Of a stretch of DNA of 64,000 nucleotides, positions 49,540 to 58,824 are shown one piece after another. The notes under the pieces are model-generated. The model saw nothing but the letters and a program-made list of their open reading frames with translations. It was not told where the DNA came from and ran no database searches. The translations under genes and the position numbers were made by a program. Origin of the DNA: an uncultured delta proteobacterium (lineage in GTDB: Bacteria; Desulfobacterota; RBG-13-43-22). The number at the start of each line of letters is the position of its first letter. Within the stretch, counting starts at the first letter, position 1. The stretch spans positions 1 through 64,000 of the forward strand of contig CAVQFQ010000016.1 of the NCBI GenBank assembly GCA_963711835.1, in the 5' to 3' direction.

Positions 49540-50937
49540 ATGAAAATAGTGCTGGTCTTTACCGAACTGAATCAGAAATTCGGGGCCTTGCGTTCCCAAC
49601 ACGGCCTGGCCTTCCTTTCGGCTGTATTGAAAAAAAACGGCTATCCGGAAGTCAGCCTGTCTTACTTTGCCGGGACCTTGGATCTGAACCAATGGGAAAA
49701 AGACCTTAGACGGATCCAGCCTGATCTGATCGGCTTTTACTCCACGGCCGAACAATTCCACTTCATAAAAAAATTGATCGAAGCCGTTCCAAAACCGGTC
49801 TTTACCATCTGCGGCGGCCCCCACCCCACCTGTTATCCGGTCTGCCTCGAAAGCGTGCCCCGTCTGGATGCCATCTGTGTCGGCGAGGGGGAATACCCGC
49901 TTTTGGAACTGGTCCAGGCCCTGGACCAGGGCCGGGATTACATCGGGATTAAGAATCTCTGGTTTCGCCAAAATGGGAAGATTATTAAGAATGAAACCCG
50001 TCCTTTCATCCAGGAACTGGATGAACTGCCTTTCGAGGACTGGGAACTCTTTAACACCCAGGAGGCTATTGATCGGTACGGCCTGGCCCAATTGCGTATT
50101 CTGGCCTCCCGCGGCTGCCCTTTCAGTTGTACCTTTTGTTCCAATAAACGGATCAGTCGGACTCAAACCGGCCGTTATGTGCGCTACCGAAGTGCCGATC
50201 ATATCCTGGCTGAATTGAAGCAGGTTAAAGAAAAATACCGCTTTGAAGAGATCTTTTTCGATGACGATATCTTCATTATGAACCGGGAGATTGTGGAAGA
50301 ATTCTGCCGGCGCTACCCGAAGGAAATCGGCAAACCCTTTGTCTTTGCCGGACGGGTCGAGGCCTGCCACCAGGATATCCTGGCCAAACTCAAGGCCGCC
50401 GGGGGCCGTCGGATTGATTTTGGTGTGGAATCAGGGCACGAAGAGCTCCGGCGCTCCATCCTGAAAAGAAAGATGACCAACCGGCAGATCATCGAGGCCA
50501 CCCGGACGGCCAAATCGGTCGGGCTCCAGGTCAAGACCCTCAACATGGTTGGCCTGCCTGAAGAAACGCCTGAAAAATTCAAAGAAACGGTAAGAATCAA
50601 CCGGGCCATTAAACCGGATGTGGCCAGCCTCTATGTTTTTTATCCGTACCCGGGGACGGAACTCTATGACTACTGCCTTCAAAAGGGATATCTGCATCCG
50701 GAGGATTCTCTGCCGGAAAATTATATTTCACGCCGGGACTCTATCCTGGAAATGCCCTATTTCACCAAGAGGGCGATCCAACGCTGCTACCGCTGGTTCG
50801 GCTTTAAGGTCTTCTGGAGGCAGTCCCTGATCAAGGCCATCGGTTTAACACTGATCAATTCCAGGCATGGCGAATTCTTTATGGCTGTGGCCAAGAAATT
50901 TCGGAAAATTCTTCGTAAACTCTTTAAGGGCTTTTAA
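49540..50937 (+). CDS. B12-binding radical SAM protein
   Basis: GGPHPT, GEGE, SRGCPFSCTFC, GVESG, YPGTEL. Confidence 0.92.
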   Translation: MKIVLVFTELNQKFGALRSQHGLAFLSAVLKKNGYPEVSLSYFAGTLDLNQWEKDLRRIQPDLIGFYSTAEQFHFIKKLIEAVPKPVFTICGGPHPTCYPVCLESVPRLDAICVGEGEYPLLELVQALDQGRDYIGIKNLWFRQNGKIIKNETRPFIQELDELPFEDWELFNTQEAIDRYGLAQLRILASRGCPFSCTFCSNKRISRTQTGRYVRYRSADHILAELKQVKEKYRFEEIFFDDDIFIMNREIVEEFCRRYPKEIGKPFVFAGRVEACHQDILAKLKAAGGRRIDFGVESGHEELRRSILKRKMTNRQIIEATRTAKSVGLQVKTLNMVGLPEETPEKFKETVRINRAIKPDVASLYVFYPYPGTELYDYCLQKGYLHPEDSLPENYISRRDSILEMPYFTKRAIQRCYRWFGFKVFWRQSLIKAIGLTLINSRHGEFFMAVAKKFRKILRKLFKGF

Positions 50938-51112
50938 CCCCCCTGAAGAAGTCCTAAACTTCGCTTAAGGCAAACCTCCTTTAAAACTTCAACATTGCCG
51001 TGAATCTTAGAGTTTTTCCTTGACTTTTATCCTTTAATTATTAAAGTGGTCGCCTATTGGGGTAACCCAGAGGATTCCGTTACGCCTATCAAAAAATATC
51101 TTCGGAGAGTAT

Positions 51113-51709
51113 ATGACCAAGAAAAAGCTGACCCGGTTGGGAAATTGCCTGTCACTTCTCATGCTGCTTTCGTTTGGTTGCGCCTGGCTGGACAAGGAAG
51201 AGACGAAATCCGGTTCCTCCGGCACATCGGAGCAGGAACCCGCGCACGGGCAGGTCACGGTCAGTTTATTGGAAAGAACGCCCTTCAGGGGTCAAGATCT
51301 CGACCCGGCTTTCTGGACCAAGATGGAGGCCTACTGCAAGGCCGGGCCGACACAGCTCATCATAGCGGACATGAATCTGGTCCCGAACCAGATGACCCGC
51401 GCCGGTTTCGTCGCCCGCTGGGCAGCGCAATGCTACGCCCTGGCGACCACCTACGCCGGGTACGACTGGGCCCCCGATGCCAGGGACCCGCAAAGTGTGG
51501 CCCTGTGGAACGCCAGGCCGCAGATGGAGGCTTGGTGGCACCGCTACGTCTTGGCGGTGATCAAGGTCATGCAGAATGCCCCACAGACAACCGCGCTCAT
51601 CATCATAAACGATGCCCCGGACCGGCTTGGATATAGACTCGGGGTGGCCACCTACCAAACCATGGAGCCGGTTCGGGGCCGCGTTACCATAGGCAACACC
51701 ATTCGGTGA
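51113..51709 (+). CDS. hypothetical lipoprotein
   Basis: Basic N-terminus, hydrophobic core, SFGC lipobox; GGAGAG RBS. Confidence 0.7.
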   Translation: MTKKKLTRLGNCLSLLMLLSFGCAWLDKEETKSGSSGTSEQEPAHGQVTVSLLERTPFRGQDLDPAFWTKMEAYCKAGPTQLIIADMNLVPNQMTRAGFVARWAAQCYALATTYAGYDWAPDARDPQSVALWNARPQMEAWWHRYVLAVIKVMQNAPQTTALIIINDAPDRLGYRLGVATYQTMEPVRGRVTIGNTIR

Positions 51710-51733
51710 TTTTTTAGAGGGAATAATACCAGA

Positions 51734-52509
51734 ATGAAAGAATTGATGGTCTTTGTCTTTTTAGGGGTTCTTTTAACCGGCGAGTTCGCCTCGGCAGGTT
51801 CTGGAACCCCAGCCGCTTATAGACAATCCATTGTCGAAAATGGCACCTATTATTTCTATGTTCCGCTCGTTTTAAATAATTATTGCCGGGATCCCGTCAT
51901 CCTGGCCGTGGGGGACAGCATCACCGAAGGCGTTTATACCAGTTCGCCCTCCGGAAACGGCCTATCCCCACTTACTGGAACTGAAACTGGAGGAGACCTA
52001 TCATCGTAATTTCATCTCCATCAATGCGGCAGTAGGCGGGGCATGATTCCGATATTTCTTGATCTCCGCCCGTACCATAGGCGACCTGATAGATACCTAT
52101 CAGCCGGATCTGGTGCTGCTCATGATCGGCACCAATGATTTTGGCGCCTTGCACAGGCCTTTTTGGTGGATCGAAACCAACCTCCGGGACACCATCACCA
52201 TCGCCCTGAACAAAGGCGTGCGGCTTATTTTAGCCAGCAATCCACCCCCCAACTTCGTCTTCCGACCGGACCAATTTCACAGGACTTCCGATTTTGCCCC
52301 CACCTATCTTACCTTGGCCTCGGATTATAATATCCCACTGGCCAGGGTCTTCTCCACTTTTCTTAATTACCCGGATTGGGAATATCTGTTGATTTATACC
52401 GGGCAAAACGACGGCCTCCATCCCACTGATGCTCGGTCATGCGGTAATGCGGGATGTCTTCTATGACCAGGTGGTTCCTTTACTGGATCAAATAGGCTGT
52501 TTTCGTTAA
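51734..52509 (+). pseudogene. secreted SGNH/GDSL hydrolase, paralog 1 (frameshifted)
   Basis: AVGDSIT, MIGTND and DGLHPT lie in different frames. Confidence 0.8.
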
Positions 52510-52514
52510 AAAGA

Positions 52515-53274
52515 ATGAAAAAATTTATAACCCTATTATTTTTCTTCCTTCTTTTGACCCATGGGCTGGCTTTAGCCGGCACGGAGATCCCGGCCCCTAA
52601 AAGCCAACCCTTTGTCGGGGACCCGAACTACATACTTTATCTTCCGTTAGTCATCCGCGACTGCCCGGATCCCGTTATCCTGGCCGTGGGGGACAGCATC
52701 ACCCAGGGCGTCGGGACCAGCTCCGGTGGTCCGGAGACCGCCTTTCCCCGCTTATTGGAGTTAGAACTGGAGGCAACCTATCATCGCAATTTCACCTCCA
52801 TCAATGCCGGAATGGGAGGTGCCAGAACCTTCAATATCCCCCCGGTCATGGGCACCCTGATCGATACCTATCATCCGGATCTGGTGCTGCTCATGATCGG
52901 CACCAATGATTTTGGCGACGATGCCCCAGATTGGTGGATCGACCTCAACATCCGGGACGCCATCACCATCGCCCTGAACAAAGGGGTGCGGGTCATTGTA
53001 GCCAGCAATCCGCCGGTGGACCCTATCATCCGGCAACTCCAATTCAACAACATTTATGATTTCGTCGTTAACCTTCAGCAATATTACCTCATCGCCACCT
53101 ATTTTCCCATTCCGCTGGCCGAAGTATTTTCCGCTTTTTATTATAATACCCCGGGGTGGGCAATATCTTTTTCCCGACCAACTTCATCCCAACGATGCCG
53201 GCCATGCCATAATCCGGGATACCTTTTACAATCAAATCACCCCTCTTCTGGATCAACGGGGCTGTTTTCGTTAA
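52515..53274 (+). CDS. secreted SGNH/GDSL hydrolase, paralog 2 (frameshift near 53160)
   Basis: AVGDSIT, NAGMGG, MIGTND; DQLHPNDAGH is in another frame. Confidence 0.8.
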
Positions 53275-53280
53275 GGGAGA

Positions 53281-54105
53281 TTACGATCTGGGACTCAGGC
53301 TTCCGGACAGGACCCTGAAAAGGCAGGCCATCAAGTGCAGGTTACCGCAAAGGGAACCTATCTTGGTGGGAATTTTCCCCTGGGCAGGGTAGCGCCGAAT
53401 CACCGGGATTTCCTTGACCCGATAGCCGGTCCGGGGCGCTCGAACGGAGAGATAGACCAGCAGTTCATACCCCACAAAGATATCCCGGAAAGGTCGGACT
53501 TTAGAGCTAAGCAAAAGACGCCGGCTGTAACCCCGGAAGCCGTTGGTGGTGTCGGTGTAGCGAAAACCGGCCGCCAGGGTAACCAGGGGCACGTGGATCA
53601 ACTTGACCGCCCAATGACGAAGCCAAGGCGTATTAACGGCCTGCCCGCCCGGTAGATAGCGTGATCCCTGAACCAAGTCAACCCCGGCCGCCAGTTCGCC
53701 AATGAAGCGAGGAATGGCCTCCACCCCGTCTTTATTGTTGCCGTCCATGGTCACCAGCCCTTCATAACCCTGGGCCAGGGCGTAGGCATAGCCCATGCGC
53801 AGTTGGGCGCTCAGCCGGCCCGGCCCGGTCTTGATCAACAGGGCTCGCACACCCTGGGCTTTGAGAAAGCCGGGCTCCAGAGAACCGTCGCTGCTTCCCC
53901 CGTCCAGGACCAGGATGTCGGCCGTCTCTTGAATGGCAAGGGCCTTCATTTCCTGAAGCTGCCGTTTTATCCGGTCCCCTTCGTTGATTACCGGTATGCA
54001 GACCGCCCAGAGGGTTTTACGGGGAAAAAATTCCTGCAAATCAAAGGAAGGGACTTCCCAGGAGGGATCAAAATCTTCCCGGGCTGGCCGGGAATCAACG
54101 GCCAT
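53281..54105 (-). CDS. GT2 glycosyltransferase (Dol-P-mannose synthase-like)
   Basis: CIPVINEG, DGGSSDG, MDGNNKD, GSRY, DTTNGFR. Confidence 0.88.
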   Translation of the reverse strand: MAVDSRPAREDFDPSWEVPSFDLQEFFPRKTLWAVCIPVINEGDRIKRQLQEMKALAIQETADILVLDGGSSDGSLEPGFLKAQGVRALLIKTGPGRLSAQLRMGYAYALAQGYEGLVTMDGNNKDGVEAIPRFIGELAAGVDLVQGSRYLPGGQAVNTPWLRHWAVKLIHVPLVTLAAGFRYTDTTNGFRGYSRRLLLSSKVRPFRDIFVGYELLVYLSVRAPRTGYRVKEIPVIRRYPAQGKIPTKIGSLCGNLHLMACLFRVLSGSLSPRS

Positions 54106-54910
54106 AAATTCCCTGAACAAAATCGAGGACCCTTCCCACAGTTTTGGTATTAGGGTCTTCCCAGCCGTTTCGCATTTCAATGGAAACCCAGCCCTGATAG
54201 CCGATCTTGCCCAGTTGGACGGCCAGCCGCGCATGATCAACGCCGCCGCCGCCGATGACCCCCAGATAGGGTTCGCTGACATGAAAATGAGTCAAGCGCC
54301 CCCGGCAATCTTCCAGGACCTGTTCCACCTCCTCTTCGTTGAGGTGCATAATCCCGGAATCCAAATGGAGGCCGAAGCCGGGGTGATTGACCGCCTCCAC
54401 CAGGGCCAGCCCCTCCCGGGAGGTCTGGATAAAATCACAATCATAGACTTGGGCGTTAGGTTCGATGCAAAAGACGGTCCCGTATTCCAGGGCCGTTTTT
54501 CCCAGCCGGCCGAAGAAATCAAGGGCCAGATCCCAGGCCTGTCCCGGCTCCAGATGGCCGGCCTTCCTGTTCTTGGGGGATCCGAAGACCAGGGCCTTGG
54601 CCCCCAGCCAGGAAGCCAACCGGATGATCCGCTCCAGATACCTTAAGGTCTCCTCACGGACCTGAGGGTCTTCAAAGATGGTCAGTTCCGGGCGGCCGAA
54701 AAGAAGGGCCTGGAGGGCAACGATCCGAATGCCCTGGTCTTCCCAGAAACGGCGGTAGTCCAGGGCCTGATCCTCCTGGCTTTCACTGGGGGAGGCCCAG
54801 ATCTTGGTGGGCGCGATCTCCACTCCCCGGATGTGCCGGTCTTTCATGATCTCCTGGACGGCCTTTTCCTCGGAAGGCTCCCAGGCGATATTGGAAATGG
54901 AGATTTTCAT
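54095..54910 (-). CDS. sugar phosphate isomerase/epimerase (TIM barrel)
   Basis: SNIAW, EIAPT, VFGSPKNR, CIEPN, HFHVSEP, SIEM. Confidence 0.88.
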   Translation of the reverse strand: MKISISNIAWEPSEEKAVQEIMKDRHIRGVEIAPTKIWASPSESQEDQALDYRRFWEDQGIRIVALQALLFGRPELTIFEDPQVREETLRYLERIIRLASWLGAKALVFGSPKNRKAGHLEPGQAWDLALDFFGRLGKTALEYGTVFCIEPNAQVYDCDFIQTSREGLALVEAVNHPGFGLHLDSGIMHLNEEEVEQVLEDCRGRLTHFHVSEPYLGVIGGGGVDHARLAVQLGKIGYQGWVSIEMRNGWEDPNTKTVGRVLDFVQGIYGR

Positions 54911-55704
54911 GAGGTCACACCGGTCTTTTCCTGTTCTCTATATCGGCGAATGCGGTCGAAGGTCTCTTCGGCGGAATAAAGATAATCTCCCGAGGAGCCG
55001 AAATGGCCTGCAAAACGGGTCCTCATATCGTAAAAGGCCGGGGGCTTGTCGGGGAGGTTGTCAAAAGTCATATCAAAACTGATGCGGGCCACATCAGCCG
55101 CCCGCACCGGTTCTGTGGCAAAATTTACCAGGGGCAGGCTGCCGTCCAAAACTTTTTTCAAATCCTGCCAAAGCCTTTCCAGATCATAAAACTGGAAGAC
55201 GCTGTCCCGATGGGTCCAATCCAGGGCATTGCTGTGGAGCAGGTCATAAATAAAATTCTTTTTCAACCCCTTTCCGAACAATCCGGGCAGGCGCACAATA
55301 AAGGCCCTTTCAAACTGCCGGCGGACAAAGGCCTCCAGAAAGAAACGGTGCCGACCGTAGGCATCCAGGAGTCCGGGATCGATGGGAGAATCTTCATAGA
55401 CCGGGGGGGGCATCTTATAAACATCCACGGTTGAAATGAGCAGAAAGCGGTCGGCCGTGACTTCCCTTAAATTTTCCATCAGCCCTTCCAGATTGGAACG
55501 GTCTTTTTCCGGTTCCCGATTGGCGATCCACTTGGCTGCCGGGGCCCCGGCACAGATGACCAGGTCATAGGCCCGGCCTCGCATCGCTTGGCTGTTGACG
55601 GAATGGTACAGGTCGTCAAAATGGGTCTGTCGTAGCAGACTGCCGCCCACAAAACCGGTCTGGCCGATCAGGGCCTTGACCAGTGTGTCTTCTCTCATCC
55701 GCAT
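54907..55704 (-). CDS. atypical NAD-dependent epimerase/dehydratase
   Basis: LIGQTGFVGG, ISTVDVY, YGRHR, RLPGLFG. Confidence 0.82.
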   Translation of the reverse strand: MRMREDTLVKALIGQTGFVGGSLLRQTHFDDLYHSVNSQAMRGRAYDLVICAGAPAAKWIANREPEKDRSNLEGLMENLREVTADRFLLISTVDVYKMPPPVYEDSPIDPGLLDAYGRHRFFLEAFVRRQFERAFIVRLPGLFGKGLKKNFIYDLLHSNALDWTHRDSVFQFYDLERLWQDLKKVLDGSLPLVNFATEPVRAADVARISFDMTFDNLPDKPPAFYDMRTRFAGHFGSSGDYLYSAEETFDRIRRYREQEKTGVTS

Positions 55705-56699
55705 CAGACCACGTTCAGCCGCTCGCCGGGATCCAACTCTTGTTTATAGGCCATGACCGGACTGTCCACCTCAAAATCGATGAAATACAAGGGCCGGTCT
55801 TTGGTCTCTTCCAGGATGCGGGCGATGTACTCGGTCAGGATAGTCAGGATCAGAAAGAGGATAAAAAACATGATCGTACTCATGACATTCGTGGTCAGCC
55901 AACCTTCGGCGATTTCTTTTTTTACCAGGGTGACGACAAAGATAAATCCGAAATAGGCCAGATTGATGGTGCTGGCCAGCAACCCCAGCCAGGAGGCCCA
56001 GCGCAGGGGGCGGGCTGAATTAGAGAAAATGATATCCAGGGCGCTTCCAACGGATCGAAACAGCCTCGGCCGGGCGACCCGCTCCCGGCGGCAAACCGGC
56101 TGACAGGGCATAAGGATCTGGCGAAAGCCCACCAGGGCATTGAAGTACTTCAGGTAACGGCTCTTATTTTTAATCTGGGTCAGGGAATTGACCACCCGTC
56201 TGCTGAAAACGCGGAAATAGGAGGCCTGGGGCTGCAGAGGAAAGCCCAGGGTTCTGCTGGCAAATTTATAGAAGACCTTCCGCAGGGAATTTTGGAGCCA
56301 GGAGCCGGTGCTCCGGCCGGCCTGTTCCGCAATCACGACATCATAACCGGCCATGGCCTGCTCCACCATTTTGGGAATTAAGAGCGGGGGATCGCGATTA
56401 ATGTCGATGATGACCACATAATCTCCGATGCTGTTGTCCAGGGAAGCGGCCAGGGCGATTTCTTTTTCATAGGTACGGGAGAGACGCAGAAGACGCAGGT
56501 TGGGAACCTGTTTTTGTATTTCCTGGATCCGCTGGGAACTCCCATCCTGAGACCCGTTATCCACGATCAACAGCTCATAGTAGGTGTAAGATCCGGCGAG
56601 GATCCGGGTCGTTTCAAAAATGAAATCGGCGACGATATCGCTATCGTTTTCGACAACCGCCAAGACCGAAACAAATACCTCCGAATTGGGGGTGATCAA
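55704..56699 (-). CDS. GT2 glycosyltransferase (GtrB-like, degenerate motifs)
   Basis: VDNGSQD, GDYVVIID; two C-terminal TM helices; RPLY. Confidence 0.82.
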   Translation of the reverse strand: MITPNSEVFVSVLAVVENDSDIVADFIFETTRILAGSYTYYELLIVDNGSQDGSSQRIQEIQKQVPNLRLLRLSRTYEKEIALAASLDNSIGDYVVIIDINRDPPLLIPKMVEQAMAGYDVVIAEQAGRSTGSWLQNSLRKVFYKFASRTLGFPLQPQASYFRVFSRRVVNSLTQIKNKSRYLKYFNALVGFRQILMPCQPVCRRERVARPRLFRSVGSALDIIFSNSARPLRWASWLGLLASTINLAYFGFIFVVTLVKKEIAEGWLTTNVMSTIMFFILFLILTILTEYIARILEETKDRPLYFIDFEVDSPVMAYKQELDPGERLNVV

Positions 56700-56704
56700 G
56701 GGAC

Positions 56705-57880
56705 CTAATGCCTTTCCCGGGAAGATGCCGTCCGCAGCGGGTCAACCCGACCCAGTTCCCGACTGTATTCGTTTAAGTTTCTTAAGGCCTGCAAGACGTC
56801 ATAAATATTATCGATCTTTCCGCCCATAATAGTAGTCATATTCTTCAGGTGGGGATCTTTCCGCATTAAAATAGGCCGTCCGTCGTCGATTTCATTTTCA
56901 ACTAAAACGGTCTTGATCTCATACAAGGACTCCAGATAGCGGGCCTTGGCCAGCACCGGGAGATAGCGCTGGGCATCCTTTAACATCAGGACCTGGTTGG
57001 ACCGGATCTGGAGCCCCTCCAGATAGCGGTCCGCCTCCTTGAAACCTTCTTTATCAGACCAGGCTTCATGGGGGGTATAGCGGACATGGCTCAAACTGTG
57101 CACTTTCAGGGGCGGAAATGGCATGGTGGAAAAGAAGGGGCCGTCCATAACCGTGATGCCCAGGTTTTTGAGTTCCTCCGGCACTTCGATCAGGGCTATT
57201 TCGGTCACCTCGTGCTTCAGGGGTAAGACCGAAAGGCCGGATCGTTTTAAAAGGGTATTGATATTGGCATAGGTACAGTTCAAGACATGACGGCTCACCA
57301 GGGAAGACCCATCCCCCAAGGTCAACTCAATGAGATCATCCTCCAGGGGAGAAGCCTTTTCAACGGAGGTCCCCAATCGGATCCTGACCCGGTTTTGCTG
57401 CAATCGTTGTTTCAAAATCCGGCGCAGTTTCAGGGCATCAAAGGCATATTCCTTGACCGAGAAGACCTCCTCAATCAGCCCCTCCTGGAATAAACGGCGG
57501 ATCGATTTGGGCGCCGGTTTGACCGGGGCGCCGATCCGTTCACAGAATTTTCGAAATTGAAAGGCATTGACCTTGGAAAGGTTTCGGGCAATGGCATAGA
57601 CCTTTTCAAAACGGTCCTCGATGCAATCCCGGAAGTCCAGACAGAAGCGGGGCAGATTGATCAAGGAACGCAGGGCGGTCAGAAAACTTCGCGGATAGTG
57701 GTAGCCGCCGTGCACCCGGGCCTGGTTGACATAAGAGGCCCGAGTCAACAAATCGGCCTCCTTTTCGAGGATCATCACCTCCGGATAGTACGCACTCAGG
57801 AAGATGGCCAGACAGCAGCCGTAAAAACCCCCACCGATAACCACGACGTCATAGCCCTGGTCAGATACGGTTCTCTTCAT
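56705..57880 (-). CDS. FAD-dependent oxidoreductase (DAO family)
   Basis: VIGGGFYG, ASYVNQARVHGGYHYPRS, GGKID. Confidence 0.88.
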   Translation of the reverse strand: MKRTVSDQGYDVVVIGGGFYGCCLAIFLSAYYPEVMILEKEADLLTRASYVNQARVHGGYHYPRSFLTALRSLINLPRFCLDFRDCIEDRFEKVYAIARNLSKVNAFQFRKFCERIGAPVKPAPKSIRRLFQEGLIEEVFSVKEYAFDALKLRRILKQRLQQNRVRIRLGTSVEKASPLEDDLIELTLGDGSSLVSRHVLNCTYANINTLLKRSGLSVLPLKHEVTEIALIEVPEELKNLGITVMDGPFFSTMPFPPLKVHSLSHVRYTPHEAWSDKEGFKEADRYLEGLQIRSNQVLMLKDAQRYLPVLAKARYLESLYEIKTVLVENEIDDGRPILMRKDPHLKNMTTIMGGKIDNIYDVLQALRNLNEYSRELGRVDPLRTASSRERH

Positions 57881-57967
57881 CGGATCATCTTTAAGATAAG
57901 GTTCTGGTTGGAAAGGACGCTGCCTGCTTCTATCTTTTCAGGTGTTGTGGAAAGCTCTCGATTCCGG

Positions 57968-58717
57968 TTAAAAGAAATATTTTACTCCCAGCCCTATGAC
58001 CCAGGTATTCAAGTTAAAGGTCCCCTTTTCCATAGAGGCGACCTCTTCCCCTCCCGAGTATCCCAGGGTAAAGGTAAAATTCGATTGGACCCAATGATAC
58101 CGCCAATCCAAATTAAGGGCCCAGTTCTTGGACAAAAAGAAATCCATCCCCAGTCCTAAAAAGGTCCCCCAGACATTTTCAGGGGAAATCCGTCGCCGGT
58201 ATCCGTTATTGGGATAATCCTCGGGTTTGTTTCCCTGTCCAAGCCAGCTTTCATAAGCCTCCGGACTGGGGAACCCGTAATAATACCAGCCCGGTTCGCT
58301 GAAGGAGACTAAATTGTAGCTGACCCCTCCGAGAAGATAAGGCACAAAGGATTTATGGAAGTGGGGCCAGCGAAATTGCAGTCCCAGCATGATGGGGGAC
58401 CATTCCAGATCTCCGTCGCTATGGGCCCTAAGCAGACCTCTGTTCAGGGAGGTGGCCTTGAATTTCTCATAACCAAATTCCAGGGCTAAGTATTTTAAAA
58501 GATCTGCTTGCACCATGAATTTATAGGGAAGGTAGTTCTGATCTTCCTCAAAGGAGATCAAATTCCGCAAGATCTGACCCTTGGAATGTTCCATCCGAAA
58601 ATAGGTGGAACGAAGCCCTACGGCGACGGACAAGGGTTTCTCCTCACCCCGACACCAGGCCGGCATAACCAGGACCAAAACCCAAAAGATAAGGCCGAGA
58701 ATAATAGGCCTTTTCAT
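57968..58717 (-). CDS. OmpW-like outer membrane beta-barrel
   Basis: Signal peptide, amphipathic strands, PYLLGG, C-terminal GVKYFF. Confidence 0.82.
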   Translation of the reverse strand: MKRPIILGLIFWVLVLVMPAWCRGEEKPLSVAVGLRSTYFRMEHSKGQILRNLISFEEDQNYLPYKFMVQADLLKYLALEFGYEKFKATSLNRGLLRAHSDGDLEWSPIMLGLQFRWPHFHKSFVPYLLGGVSYNLVSFSEPGWYYYGFPSPEAYESWLGQGNKPEDYPNNGYRRRISPENVWGTFLGLGMDFFLSKNWALNLDWRYHWVQSNFTFTLGYSGGEEVASMEKGTFNLNTWVIGLGVKYFF

Positions 58718-58824
58718 GACATTCTCCCTTTTAACGGCGGTTATTGGGTGTACTATAGGGTTTCCCCCTATCCTATTTCAATAAAAAAACGCCCTCCCGG
58801 TTCAACGCCTTGAAGGCCTGCCCT

